DNA from: a virus
Length of the DNA stretch: 62,781 nucleotides
Reading direction: 5' to 3' (one strand)
Virus record (IMG/VR): IMGVR_UViG_3300017746_000009
Location: 1-62,781 of that record
Part shown: in pieces, positions 41,494-50,548 of the stretch
Layout: each line of letters begins with the position of its first letter
Position numbering within the stretch: position 1 is the stretch's first letter
The notes under the pieces: generated by a model
What the model saw: the letters and a program-made list of their open reading frames with translations, nothing else
The model's database searches: none
What the model was told of the DNA's origin: nothing
Translations under genes and position numbers: made by a program

Positions 41494-42722
41494 TATTTAC
41501 CCTCTAATTTTTTTACCTTTTCCTCAAGTTCTTTTATGGCTTCAATAAGTAAAGGTATGAGTTTTTCGTACCAAACTGTTAGATATTTATCGTCTATTGG
41601 TGCTGCAGTTACTACTTCAGGCAGTACTGCTTGTACTTCTTGAGCAGATACTCCAACCTGTAGTCTGTCATTTTCATAACCAAGGTCTTTAGCTGTTTGG
41701 TTTTCTTGAAAGTAATAACCATTTAATTTAGCTACTTTTTCTAAAGCGTTAGGGATAGTACCTTCAAAATCTTTTAGTCTAGCATCAGAATAAAAAGCAG
41801 TAATGTTATTGGTAGCTCTAATCTCACCTGCGGTTGTTGATCCTGCTGTTCCTACACCTAAACTATTTACTTGTGCATCTGAGTTTGTACTAAAGCCACC
41901 AGCAGGTCCTGTTGGTCCAGTCGGTCCAGTCGGTCCAGTACCTCCATCGCTTCCAGCAGGACCAGTAGGTCCAGTCGGTCCTGTGCTTCCATTATTTCCA
42001 TTCGGTCCAGTTGGTCCAGTTGGTCCAGTACTACCATCACTTCCATCTGGTCCAGTAGGTCCTGTTGGTCCTGTTGGTCCAGTACTTCCGTTACTTCCAT
42101 TACTACCGTTTGGTCCAGTCGGTCCTGTTGGTCCAGTCGGTCCTGCTAATGCTGCGTTTGTAATAGTTGCTTTCCTAATAGCACCTGCTGAAGTATCGTA
42201 TACAGCTATTAAATCACTACCTGTTATTGAAGTTTCAGCGGTTTGTCCATTGACTACATCACCAATAAATTGTGTAGCTGTTATGTTACCTGTAGATAAA
42301 TTAGCAAAAGCGTCTACCATAGCAGCACCAGAACCAGAACCATTAGAATAAATAGCTTTAGTGTCTCCTGGAGCGATAGTTACTGTTGCTCCAGAACCTT
42401 GTTTAATTATTATGTTTTGAGAACCACTTGTACCGTTTTCTATAAACCAAAGTTTAGAAATAGTGTTTGGACCGATAGTAATAGTACAAGCAGAATCTAA
42501 CGTACCTGTGTATTTAAGATACATTGATCTTCCTGGATCAGTAGCACCATCAGCTACAGTTGTAGCGTGTGTATCAGCGTTAGTAGTTATTGCTTCTGTA
42601 CCGAAGCTAAATGCTTCAGCGATTAATTCTAAATTAGTGTTAGTAACCGTTCCCCAAGTACCACTTGCGTCTCCAGTAGCCATTTCATTTAATCTTAAAT
42701 CATTTACGTATGTACTTGCCAT
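41493..42722 (-). CDS. tail fibre with a collagen-like Gly-X-Y region and a C-terminal S74 intramolecular-chaperone domain
   Basis: 27 uninterrupted G-X-Y triplets (aa 194-274). The C-terminus [28 protein letters not shown]...[16 protein letters not shown]...[23 protein letters not shown] matches the S74 chaperone signature. Confidence 0.85.
   Translation of the reverse strand: MASTYVNDLRLNEMATGDASGTWGTVTNTNLELIAEAFSFGTEAITTNADTHATTVADGATDPGRSMYLKYTGTLDSACTITIGPNTISKLWFIENGTSGSQNIIIKQGSGATVTIAPGDTKAIYSNGSGSGAAMVDAFANLSTGNITATQFIGDVVNGQTAETSITGSDLIAVYDTSAGAIRKATITNAALAGPTGPTGPTGPNGSNGSNGSTGPTGPTGPTGPDGSDGSTGPTGPTGPNGNNGSTGPTGPTGPAGSDGGTGPTGPTGPTGPAGGFSTNSDAQVNSLGVGTAGSTTAGEIRATNNITAFYSDARLKDFEGTIPNALEKVAKLNGYYFQENQTAKDLGYENDRLQVGVSAQEVQAVLPEVVTAAPIDDKYLTVWYEKLIPLLIEAIKELEEKVKKLEGK
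41901..42143. repeat. Collagen-like triplet repeat (GPT/GSN/GPA codon repeats)
   Basis: ggtccagt(c/t)ggtcc periodicity on the plus strand; it encodes [39 protein letters not shown]... Confidence 0.9.
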
Positions 42723-42767
42723 AATCTATTTAACTCCTGTACTATGATTATAATACTTTTCTTATTA

Positions 42768-45056
42768 TTAAGCTACCTCTTCCCAATTAGGTGTTTGAGT
42801 CTTTGTTACATCGCTGTAATTAGCTGTTTGTGTCGTGTCTACACTACTATAATTTGCAGTTTGACTGGTATCTACTAAGCCCCAAACAGTAACTCTTGGT
42901 TCTCCTAAAGTACCTACAACCCCTATTGGTATTACTTTGGCATTTAAAAGTACAGTTACATCACCTATAGCAGAAGTTCCTGCGTTTCCAGTAACTGCGG
43001 TTACTGCTCCTGCTGTTACTGTTTCATCACCTAAAGAAGAAGTAGAAGCTACAGCAGATACACCAGTAACTGCTACTGCTTGTACTGCTACCTCACCTTG
43101 TGCTGTTGTTCCTACATTCCCAGTTAATGCTGTACTAGCACCTGCTGTTACTGTTTCGTCACCTAAACTAGAAGTACCTTCAAGTCCTTCTTCTACTATT
43201 AGAGCTCCTGCTGCTACTGTTTGGTTTCCTAATGCTGAAGTACCTAAGTTACCAGTGACCGCTATATTAGCACCACACACAACACTCTCATCACCTAAAC
43301 CTGACGTAGAAGTGGTCGCTGTAACACCTTGTACTGCGTCTCCTTCAACTACTATATTACCTAAAGTAGAAGTTCCTACATTACCTGCTGGTGTTATAAG
43401 TGACTTCGCTACGACAGTTTCGCTTCCTAACGCTGAAGTTGCAGAGTTGCCTGTCACAGAAACTACCTTCGGAAGTAAAACCGACTCGTCTCCTAATTCA
43501 GTAGTAGCTGTTACTCCTTCTTCTACTATTAAAGCTCCTGCAGTAACTGTTTCAGTTCCTAATGAAGTAGTCGCTACGTTCCCAGTAACGCTTATATTAG
43601 CAGTACATACAACACTTTCATCACCTAAACCAGAAGTAGAAGTAGTCGCTGTAACCCCTTGCACTGCGTCTCCTTCAACCGTTACGTTACCTGTTGCAGA
43701 AACACCTGTTGTGCCTGACGGTATTGTAACCGACTTCGCAATTATTGTTTCACTTCCTAAAGCTGAAGTTCCTACATTACCTGTGGTAGAAACTATTTTA
43801 GGAATTACTACTTCTTCATCACCTAATGCTGAAGTTCCTGTAACTCCTTCTTCTACTATTAATGCTTTAGCAACAATAGTCTCATCACCTAATGACGAAC
43901 TTCCTGTATTACCTGTAACCGAAGCTATTTTCGGGAGACTTATTGATTCATCGCCTAATGCTGTAGTACCTATAACTCCGTCTTCTACAACTACTGCTCC
44001 TGCGGCAATTGTTTCACTTCCTAAAGCTGAAGTTCCTACATTGCCTGTAACTGAAACTATTTTCGGGAGGCTTATTGATTCATCGCCTAACGCAGTAGTT
44101 CCTACGTTTCCTGTGACAGAAACAACAACTGAGTCAGTACTAGAAACAAGTACCGTACCTAATCCTGATGTTGCTGCATTTCCGGTAACACTTGTATTAG
44201 CAGCACAAGCAACACTTTCGTCTCCTAAACCTGACGTAGATGAAGTAGCAGATACTCCTTGTACTGCTTCACCTACTACAACCGAGCTACCTAATCCAGA
44301 AGTTCCAGCTAATCCTGTTTCTACGATTAACGCTTTAGCTACAACAGTTTCACTACCTAAAGAAGTAGTTGCGGTATTACCTGTAACCGAAAATATTTTA
44401 GGAATTACAACAGATTCAGTACCTAGTGCCGTAGTTCCCGCAGTTCCCGTAACTGAAACATTAGCTGCACAAGATACGCTTTCATCTCCTAGACCTGAAG
44501 TAGAACTTGTTGCTGATACTCCTTGTACCGCTTCACCAATAACGACTGAGCTACCAAGTCCACTACTAGAAGTGTTACCTGATACTGCAATTAATGATTT
44601 TGCTACTACACTTTCAGTACCTAATGCAGAAGTACCTGCACTTCCTGTGACTAAAACTGTTTTAGGAATTACTACTTCTTCGTTTCCTAAGGAAGTAGTT
44701 CCTACATTACCTGAAACCGAAACATTAGCAGCACAAGAGACACTTTCATCACCTAAACCAGAGGTAGAGGTAGTCGCTGATACTCCTTGTACCGCTTCTC
44801 CGATTACAACTGAACTACCTAATCCAGTTGTTCCTGAAAGTCCTGTTTCTACAACCGTAGCATTACAGCTTACAGAAACAGAACCTAATCCGCTTGTAGC
44901 GGCAATTCCATCTTCTACTACATTAGCAGAACATAGAACAGTTTCTGAACCAAGTGCTGATGTGCTGTTAACACCTGTAACACTTACATCAACAGAAACT
45001 GCTGCGGGCTGACCCCACGGACCTGAGCCCCATGTGGATCGACCCCAACCTGCCAT
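42768..45056 (-). CDS. highly repetitive fibre-like structural protein (762 aa, about 30 copies of a 22-aa unit)
   Basis: Core unit (S/V)TGN.GT(S/T)(A/S)LG(D/S/T)E(S/T)V. Nested longer repeats include GLGSSVVIGEAVQGVSATSSTSGLGDESVSCAANVSV x3 and VEGDAVQGVTATTSTSGLGDESVVC x2. Confidence 0.75.
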   Translation of the reverse strand: MAGWGRSTWGSGPWGQPAAVSVDVSVTGVNSTSALGSETVLCSANVVEDGIAATSGLGSVSVSCNATVVETGLSGTTGLGSSVVIGEAVQGVSATTSTSGLGDESVSCAANVSVSGNVGTTSLGNEEVVIPKTVLVTGSAGTSALGTESVVAKSLIAVSGNTSSSGLGSSVVIGEAVQGVSATSSTSGLGDESVSCAANVSVTGTAGTTALGTESVVIPKIFSVTGNTATTSLGSETVVAKALIVETGLAGTSGLGSSVVVGEAVQGVSATSSTSGLGDESVACAANTSVTGNAATSGLGTVLVSSTDSVVVSVTGNVGTTALGDESISLPKIVSVTGNVGTSALGSETIAAGAVVVEDGVIGTTALGDESISLPKIASVTGNTGSSSLGDETIVAKALIVEEGVTGTSALGDEEVVIPKIVSTTGNVGTSALGSETIIAKSVTIPSGTTGVSATGNVTVEGDAVQGVTATTSTSGLGDESVVCTANISVTGNVATTSLGTETVTAGALIVEEGVTATTELGDESVLLPKVVSVTGNSATSALGSETVVAKSLITPAGNVGTSTLGNIVVEGDAVQGVTATTSTSGLGDESVVCGANIAVTGNLGTSALGNQTVAAGALIVEEGLEGTSSLGDETVTAGASTALTGNVGTTAQGEVAVQAVAVTGVSAVASTSSLGDETVTAGAVTAVTGNAGTSAIGDVTVLLNAKVIPIGVVGTLGEPRVTVWGLVDTSQTANYSSVDTTQTANYSDVTKTQTPNWEEVA

Positions 45057-45064
45057 TTAATAAT

Positions 45065-45496
45065 TTACGCTATTCTTATAATAGCGTTACTTGCGTCAGC
45101 AGTAGGAAACTGTACAGTGAAGTCTCCATTAGTAGATGTTTTATCTCCACCAAAAGCAAGTACACACACCGCAGGGTCACCTGAAGCTGTGTCATTAAAT
45201 ATTAATGCTCCGTTAGCAGTAATTGTAGCACTACTAAAAGTTAAATCAGCAAAATCAGTAAACGCAGTTGTACTTGATGTTGTTGGATCAACTCTAGTTA
45301 AACTAGCACCTTTTGCTGTGTAGTTAGTACCACTTGCTTCGTTAGAAGTAGTGTACGCTGTCGTAGCAGCACCTAAAGATGCAGAACTAGTGTATAACGC
45401 TAATTTAAAATCATTACCGCCAGAGTTTTTAAAGTTATGTGTACCTTCCATTAATTCTTTTTTAAAAGATGTACACATTGCTTGTGATATAGCCAT
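45065..45496 (-). CDS. hypothetical structural protein (143 aa, Thr/Ala/Ser-rich)
   Basis: ORF in the tail/neck gene run; no motif assigned. Confidence 0.6.
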   Translation of the reverse strand: MAISQAMCTSFKKELMEGTHNFKNSGGNDFKLALYTSSASLGAATTAYTTSNEASGTNYTAKGASLTRVDPTTSSTTAFTDFADLTFSSATITANGALIFNDTASGDPAVCVLAFGGDKTSTNGDFTVQFPTADASNAIIRIA

Positions 45497-45774
45497 TATA
45501 GCCTCCTTATAATTTCAGCCATTTTACAATGACCTTGTTTTTTTAAAAGACCTGCTACTGTGCTTCTGTCACTAGCTATAGCTTGTCTCATGTACAATAA
45601 AACGACTTCTTCAATGCTGTCTTTAAAAGCTCTAGCTTGAGCTTGTACTAAAGGATCAGCGTTATCGCTAACTTGAACTAAGCGTTCCATTATTCTTTCA
45701 GTCCAATATTCTGGACTTAATCCTGTGTTTTGTGTGGTTTTTACAGCCACATCTCCCACTTTTATTTCATACAT
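45496..45774 (-). CDS. hypothetical protein (92 aa)
   Basis: 1-nt overlaps with both neighbours. Confidence 0.6.
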   Translation of the reverse strand: MYEIKVGDVAVKTTQNTGLSPEYWTERIMERLVQVSDNADPLVQAQARAFKDSIEEVVLLYMRQAIASDRSTVAGLLKKQGHCKMAEIIRRL

Positions 45775-46424
45775 TATGCTTGTGGTGTCCTTCTAATTTC
45801 ATCATATCTAAATTGATCTCTTGTAGATTTAGCTTCTGCTAGGTTTTTCATTTGAGCTAACGCTTCTTGAAACCTTTGTTCGTATAAACCAACAGATTCA
45901 TAATTCTTTAAGTATATCATAGCTTCTACAAGACTACCATACAAAAGAGCATTCGGTGCGTTAGTAGAAAGCCATGTTGTACCGCTATCTCCAGCTACTG
46001 TAAGTGAATTAGGTCTATAAAAATAATGTAGTTCAAAACTAAAATTACTACTAGGTGTAGGAGCCAATATAAAAGAAGCTTGATCAAACTCAGCGTAATA
46101 CTTTGGTGTTCCTGTAGTTGCTATAGAAGGAGTAAAATCTCTTATAAAACTTACATGTTTTAATTTTAAAAATGTATATTTACTATCAGAATCTATTACA
46201 GCTAAACTAAACGGAGCTAAAAAATCTGTAGGCATACTTAGATATGTGTTTGATGATGTGCCCGTTCCTGTTACGTTTTTTCTAAACTGATCAAGTTCTA
46301 CACCTTTTAAAATTCTTTCTTCAGATCCTTCAATGAAGTCATTAAGGTGTGTAACAAAAGTGCTTTCTGTACTTTCTGAAAAATCTTGTATAGCTGTTTT
46401 TAAAGATGAATATGTCCAACTCAT
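45774..46424 (-). CDS. hypothetical virion (neck/tail) protein (216 aa)
   Basis: Position between the adaptor-like and fibre genes; no motif assigned. Confidence 0.55.
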   Translation of the reverse strand: MSWTYSSLKTAIQDFSESTESTFVTHLNDFIEGSEERILKGVELDQFRKNVTGTGTSSNTYLSMPTDFLAPFSLAVIDSDSKYTFLKLKHVSFIRDFTPSIATTGTPKYYAEFDQASFILAPTPSSNFSFELHYFYRPNSLTVAGDSGTTWLSTNAPNALLYGSLVEAMIYLKNYESVGLYEQRFQEALAQMKNLAEAKSTRDQFRYDEIRRTPQA

Positions 46425-46425
46425 G

Positions 46426-46788
46426 TCATGATCCTGTGGTTATAGTTACGCTACCTAATCCAGAAGTTATTTTATCACTACGAAAACTTGAACCAATGAC
46501 ATCGTTGTGAGAAACAAAAGTAGAAGGGGAACTCACTCCATTCGCCACACTGTTTTCTGTTTTAACTACTCCGTTCCCAGCAGTTGGTGCAACCTCTGTA
46601 ACTCTTGGGTTTTTAAGTGCTTCTGGATCTACAGGTGGGGTTATAGGTTCTATTTGTGGAGCTTTAGGTTCATAACAATCTCTACATACTTTTAAACCTT
46701 GCCATTCTTCTCTAAGTTCTAGATAAGGGTAAACAAAACCACATCTATCACATTGAGCTTTTGAATATTTTCCCAGAGCGTATGCCAT
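46426..46788 (-). CDS. small zinc-ribbon protein (120 aa)
   Basis: CDRCGFVYPYLELREEWQGLKVCRDCYEPK (CxxC...CxxC). Confidence 0.55.
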   Translation of the reverse strand: MAYALGKYSKAQCDRCGFVYPYLELREEWQGLKVCRDCYEPKAPQIEPITPPVDPEALKNPRVTEVAPTAGNGVVKTENSVANGVSSPSTFVSHNDVIGSSFRSDKITSGLGSVTITTGS

Positions 46789-47462
46789 TAGTAATAACTC
46801 CTTCTAGGTACAAGATGCAAAGAAACTTTTGTTCTGTCTTCGTCTGCAGCTAATTTAAAATCTTGCTCATATTGTTGTTTTAACATAGGAGCTTTTTCAG
46901 GGTTTTTCTTCATAGCAAGATAATATGCTAAACCACTCACCATACAAGGCATAAACCTTGAAGGTATATCGGGGTCTTGGTTAGAAGCTGTTACGTCATC
47001 TATCCTAGTAACTCTGTTAGTTATTAAAGTATATGTTGCGACAGTATCTGGTGTTGGCCAAATGTTAAGCACTGGTGTAGTGGCTCTGTCTAAAAAATAT
47101 TGTGTGGGTCTACCTGTGCTGGTTTTATCAGGTATGTTTAAATATTCTGTTCTACCTATCCTATTCAGTTGTAAATCAGTTGTACTACCTGATATAGTTT
47201 GCCTCACTACAGCAGAAACAATATCTACGTCGTGAGCATTTAAAGTATATTGGTTTGTGCCTGCTGTGAGAGTTAAACTTACTTGATCTATTGTCCATAA
47301 GTTTACACCTCTATTAGACCAATCGGCGAACATAATATTTAATGATCGCCGAGCAGTCTCTGCATCATAGCCTGTCCTAAGTTCTAACCCTGCTAGTTCA
47401 AATGCCTCTTCAATAGTATCAGCAATATTTAAACTAAAAGTTTTAGTACCCGAAGTAGCCAT
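46788..47462 (-). CDS. putative head-tail adaptor / virion structural protein (224 aa)
   Basis: Position downstream of the capsid genes. The pattern IEEAFELAGLE...RRSLNIMFADWSNRGVNLW is reminiscent of podoviral adaptor-type proteins; this is from memory only. Confidence 0.35.
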   Translation of the reverse strand: MATSGTKTFSLNIADTIEEAFELAGLELRTGYDAETARRSLNIMFADWSNRGVNLWTIDQVSLTLTAGTNQYTLNAHDVDIVSAVVRQTISGSTTDLQLNRIGRTEYLNIPDKTSTGRPTQYFLDRATTPVLNIWPTPDTVATYTLITNRVTRIDDVTASNQDPDIPSRFMPCMVSGLAYYLAMKKNPEKAPMLKQQYEQDFKLAADEDRTKVSLHLVPRRSYY

Positions 47463-47872
47463 TAATCATAGTCCTTTGTACAATGTAGAACTATAAGGTA
47501 GGTGTCTCCTGAACTTGACCCAGTGGTTGTGAGTAGCATGTCACCATTTTTACCACTGCCTGAAGTATTTTGTAATCCACCAAAAGGTGAAAAATCTAAA
47601 ATACCATCAGCACTTGGGTTTAGTTCCATACACAAAGTGTTAGTGGTTGCGTTCCAAAGTAATCCTATTTTAGTAAAACCTAATATAGAGTAATAAACTT
47701 TTTTAAGTTTTACACCTGTACATGCTGCTCCGTCACTTTTACGTGCGGTAAGAGCACTTACGTCTACTTTAGCAACAGCACTTTCTCCGCTGCCATCACT
47801 TACGTTGGTTAGCTGAACTATAAAGTCTTTATCACCGTCAAGAACAGTTGTGGAAGTTACTGCATCAGCCAT
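47462..47872 (-). CDS. hypothetical structural protein (136 aa)
   Basis: 1-nt overlap with the downstream gene; position in the head-proximal gene run. Confidence 0.55.
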   Translation of the reverse strand: MADAVTSTTVLDGDKDFIVQLTNVSDGSGESAVAKVDVSALTARKSDGAACTGVKLKKVYYSILGFTKIGLLWNATTNTLCMELNPSADGILDFSPFGGLQNTSGSGKNGDMLLTTTGSSSGDTYLIVLHCTKDYD

Positions 47873-47886
47873 AATCTACCTCCTGT

Positions 47887-48393
47887 TTATGCGTCAGCAA
47901 ATGGAGTTGCTAAAGTTCCTGAGCCTATAAGTACACCTTCGATACCATATACATTAGCAGCTATGATGGTTGCTGTAATAACACTTCCTGCTATTCCGCC
48001 TTTAGTAGAACCATTAAGAGTAATAACATCATTACTTGCTCCAGGTATAAATGTTTTACCCGCATCAGCTGATTTACCTGTGTAAATACCACCGATAAAC
48101 TTATCAGTGCCGTCAGTTAAGATGTCTAAATCTGTTGCTGCTGTTTGTATAAAGAAAAAGAAAGAAGCACCAATGTTATTAGCCTGAGTAGGGTCTGTCG
48201 GGTCGGTTGGTGTTGTTGCATTGATTGAAGGTAAAGTAAATTTACCATCAGCGTCATTACAAGCTAATATTTTTCCTGCATGAGCGTCTACTGTTAAAGT
48301 TGTGTCTGCTGTTAAGCTGACAGTAGCATTCGCACCTGCTGTTATAAATCCAGAAAGTGATTTTACTGGTCCTGAAAATGTTGATTTCGCCAT
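47887..48393 (-). CDS. hypothetical structural protein (168 aa, Ala/Thr/Gly-rich)
   Basis: First ORF after the post-capsid terminator, with AGGAGAC before the ATG. Confidence 0.55.
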   Translation of the reverse strand: MAKSTFSGPVKSLSGFITAGANATVSLTADTTLTVDAHAGKILACNDADGKFTLPSINATTPTDPTDPTQANNIGASFFFFIQTAATDLDILTDGTDKFIGGIYTGKSADAGKTFIPGASNDVITLNGSTKGGIAGSVITATIIAANVYGIEGVLIGSGTLATPFADA

Positions 48394-48498
48394 ATTAAGT
48401 CTCCTTAATTAAATCTATCGTCTTGGCTTGTCTGCTAGGGCAGTCGATAGATAGTTGTAAAATTCCCTAGTTCTTTTGTCATTCTAGCTTATCTACAT

Positions 48499-48529
48499 CA
48501 AAAAAGAAAGGGAGCCGAAGCTCCCTTTC
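48499..48529 (-). terminator. Rho-independent terminator immediately after the major capsid gene
   Basis: A 10-bp stem pairs gaaagggagc (48506-48515) with gctccctttc (48520-48529) around the tetraloop cgaa. On the minus strand it is followed by TTTTTT (48500-48505). Confidence 0.75.
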
Positions 48530-48546
48530 CTAATTAACGTAATCGG

Positions 48547-49455
48547 TTACGCTCCTTTAGATCCGTAGATCCCACGAAAGTCACTAAAACCAAAAGAATA
48601 TCTTTCTCTAGCTTTGTACCTTACGTTACCAGTTTCGAAGTCTCCTTCCATACCAGTTGTCATTGGCGCTCTTTCAAAGTGCTTTAGACCGTTAGGTGCA
48701 TCAGTTTTGATAAAGAAAGCATCAGTATCGGTAAGATAGTGATTTACAACATAACCCTCTGGCAACATTCCCATGTTTTTCATTGCGTTGATGTCGTTGT
48801 CTGATGTACTCACTCTTCCAGGGGAATTTAATACCCTGTCTGCAACAAATTGCAATTGTGGTGGGATGATCAGCTTTCTAGCTTGAACATTAATTTTGAT
48901 TCCTCTTTCGTCTTTAAACTGAGAGATATCAATCATAGCGTTCTCTAACGAAGTTTCGTTTAAATCAGCGTCAGTACTTGGTTCATTCGCTTGATTACCA
49001 CCAGTTATAGTAGGGTGGTCTGTAGCGAATAGTTCTTTTCCGTCTCCTCCAGGGAAACTAGAATTGAAACCATTATTAAGTACGTTTGCAGCTTTTACTT
49101 GCTTCGTGCTTGCCATAGATCTAGCTAGAGCTCTTGTGTATCTAGAAGAAAGAGTATCGTAGAGATTATCTTCGATAGCTTCTTCTGTCAACGAAAAGGC
49201 TAAAGCTATTGTTTCATGCGTATAACGAGATGTGAAAGTTTCTTGTGCTGAATCATAAGTTACTGCCTCACCTTCTCCTTTTGTTGGAGCTTGTGCGAAC
49301 CCTGATAACATCACTTCTTCCTCAAACGCTCTATCAGAAGTTTCTGTGTCGAAAATTTCTGAGTGCTCGTTCTCGTATCTATTATACTCAAGACCAAAGA
49401 GTGCATTTAATCCTGGCTCGAGTTCTTTTACTAATTGTGCTCTGTTAATTGCCAT
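48547..49455 (-). CDS. major capsid protein (HK97-fold, about 300-aa class)
   Basis: The size and position after the scaffold gene fit, and a strong terminator lies directly downstream. The sequence flavour (MAINRAQLVKELEPGLNALF..., C-terminal YKARERYSFGF) resembles gpT-like capsid proteins; this is from memory only. Confidence 0.65.
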   Translation of the reverse strand: MAINRAQLVKELEPGLNALFGLEYNRYENEHSEIFDTETSDRAFEEEVMLSGFAQAPTKGEGEAVTYDSAQETFTSRYTHETIALAFSLTEEAIEDNLYDTLSSRYTRALARSMASTKQVKAANVLNNGFNSSFPGGDGKELFATDHPTITGGNQANEPSTDADLNETSLENAMIDISQFKDERGIKINVQARKLIIPPQLQFVADRVLNSPGRVSTSDNDINAMKNMGMLPEGYVVNHYLTDTDAFFIKTDAPNGLKHFERAPMTTGMEGDFETGNVRYKARERYSFGFSDFRGIYGSKGA

Positions 49456-49467
49456 TATTATTCACCT

Positions 49468-50007
49468 TTAGTTGCTGCCAAATACAGAAGTAGGGAACAT
49501 TACATGCACTCTAGCGTATTGACCAATAGAGTTATCGGGTCTGTCAACAAACCCCACTACTGTCGCAATACCACTAGAAGTTGTAGTTGTTACACCTTCT
49601 TTTGATCGACCTGTGTTAGAATCACCTGCAGTTGTCGAAATCGTATTAGTTGTTCCGATAGACGCTTGTGTAGGAGTCCCAGTAGACTGAGCCTCATAAA
49701 CAATATCTGGATCGGAGTAAACATACGCTTTCGCATTTGCAGTACCTAATGTGACGGTATCAGCTGTCCATACTTTTGAAAAGACAACAGAACCATCAGT
49801 TGCTTGATATTCCACACCATAAAATACACCAAGAGGTGCACCAGTTGCAGTCCCCTGAATTACTAAACCACTAGATAGATTAACTACATCACCACTAAAG
49901 ATGGATGCGTTAGTGCCACTCGCGATCTCAAACTCAGAAGGTCTAATAGTGCCTCCTGACATATGATATGCTGGTGTGAAACCATTTGGGCTATTTACAT
50001 TTGCCAT
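49468..50007 (-). CDS. putative capsid decoration / head-associated protein (179 aa)
   Basis: It lies directly upstream of the capsid gene and has a beta-rich Gly/Thr/Ser composition. Confidence 0.35.
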   Translation of the reverse strand: MANVNSPNGFTPAYHMSGGTIRPSEFEIASGTNASIFSGDVVNLSSGLVIQGTATGAPLGVFYGVEYQATDGSVVFSKVWTADTVTLGTANAKAYVYSDPDIVYEAQSTGTPTQASIGTTNTISTTAGDSNTGRSKEGVTTTTSSGIATVVGFVDRPDNSIGQYARVHVMFPTSVFGSN

Positions 50008-50050
50008 TATTTTTCACCTTTTATATTCATATAAAATAACATGGTACTCA

Positions 50051-50539
50051 CTAAGAGTCAGTACCTCCACTTCCGAAAGTAACTTTACTCTGTCTATTAG
50101 GGCTACTAATAGGCATTCTTGAGTCACTTTCTCGCATAAGATTATTATCGACTGCCTCCATTTGATCTGAAGACATTTTGGCGTAGTATGCACGTCTTTG
50201 TTGGACGGTTTCGATAGGCATCTTAGCTAAAATTAACCCACCTACTCCAATTACTCCTGCATGTTTACCATCATCTACAGTAGGTGCTTCAAACTCAGGG
50301 TGGTCTTCTGATCTAACAGGTTCCCAACCTTCACGAATACGTTTTGACATATTCGCTTTGTCGTCTTGCCCTACCATTGATTCTCGTAACCAGCGATAGA
50401 CGTAACCAGATGGCGGAATCGGTGCGTCTAATAAAGACGGTGGTTGCCATGGTTTAAGACGAGATTCATTATCTCGAGTATCTGCAGATCGTGGAGTTCG
50501 ATCTGTTTTGACTTCAGTGTTTTTGTTATCTTCTGTCAT
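50051..50539 (-). CDS. hypothetical head-module protein (162 aa)
   Basis: ORF between the scaffold and decoration-like genes; the motif SGYVYRWLRE...GWEPV is noted but not assigned. Confidence 0.55.
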   Translation of the reverse strand: MTEDNKNTEVKTDRTPRSADTRDNESRLKPWQPPSLLDAPIPPSGYVYRWLRESMVGQDDKANMSKRIREGWEPVRSEDHPEFEAPTVDDGKHAGVIGVGGLILAKMPIETVQQRRAYYAKMSSDQMEAVDNNLMRESDSRMPISSPNRQSKVTFGSGGTDS

Positions 50540-50548
50540 TTTTTTCTC

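Noticed and set aside
41803-42351. 182-aa plus-strand ORF and the 77-aa minus-strand ORF 41867-42100 (PVGPVGPV and LDQQDQ repeats)
   Set aside because: Both are alternative-frame readings of the collagen-like GGT-CCA-GTx DNA repeat of the tail fibre gene. The fibre frame has flanking non-repetitive domains and the S74 chaperone, so it is the real one.
42937-45012. 691-aa plus-strand ORF, the longest plus-strand ORF in the window
   Set aside because: It lies entirely antisense to the repetitive fibre gene 42768-45056. Its Pro/Val/Thr/Ala-rich translation mirrors the repeat periodicity, and it has no RBS or gene context. A stop-free antisense frame is expected from the biased, repetitive codon content.
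48413-48452. Second hairpin (atctatcg...cgatagat with an inner ctgc/gcag stem) between the capsid terminator and the next gene, as a possible additional terminator or riboregulator
   Set aside because: It has an 8-bp outer stem with a 24-nt interior and no adjacent U-tract. That is too weak to call from sequence alone, so it is only noted here.
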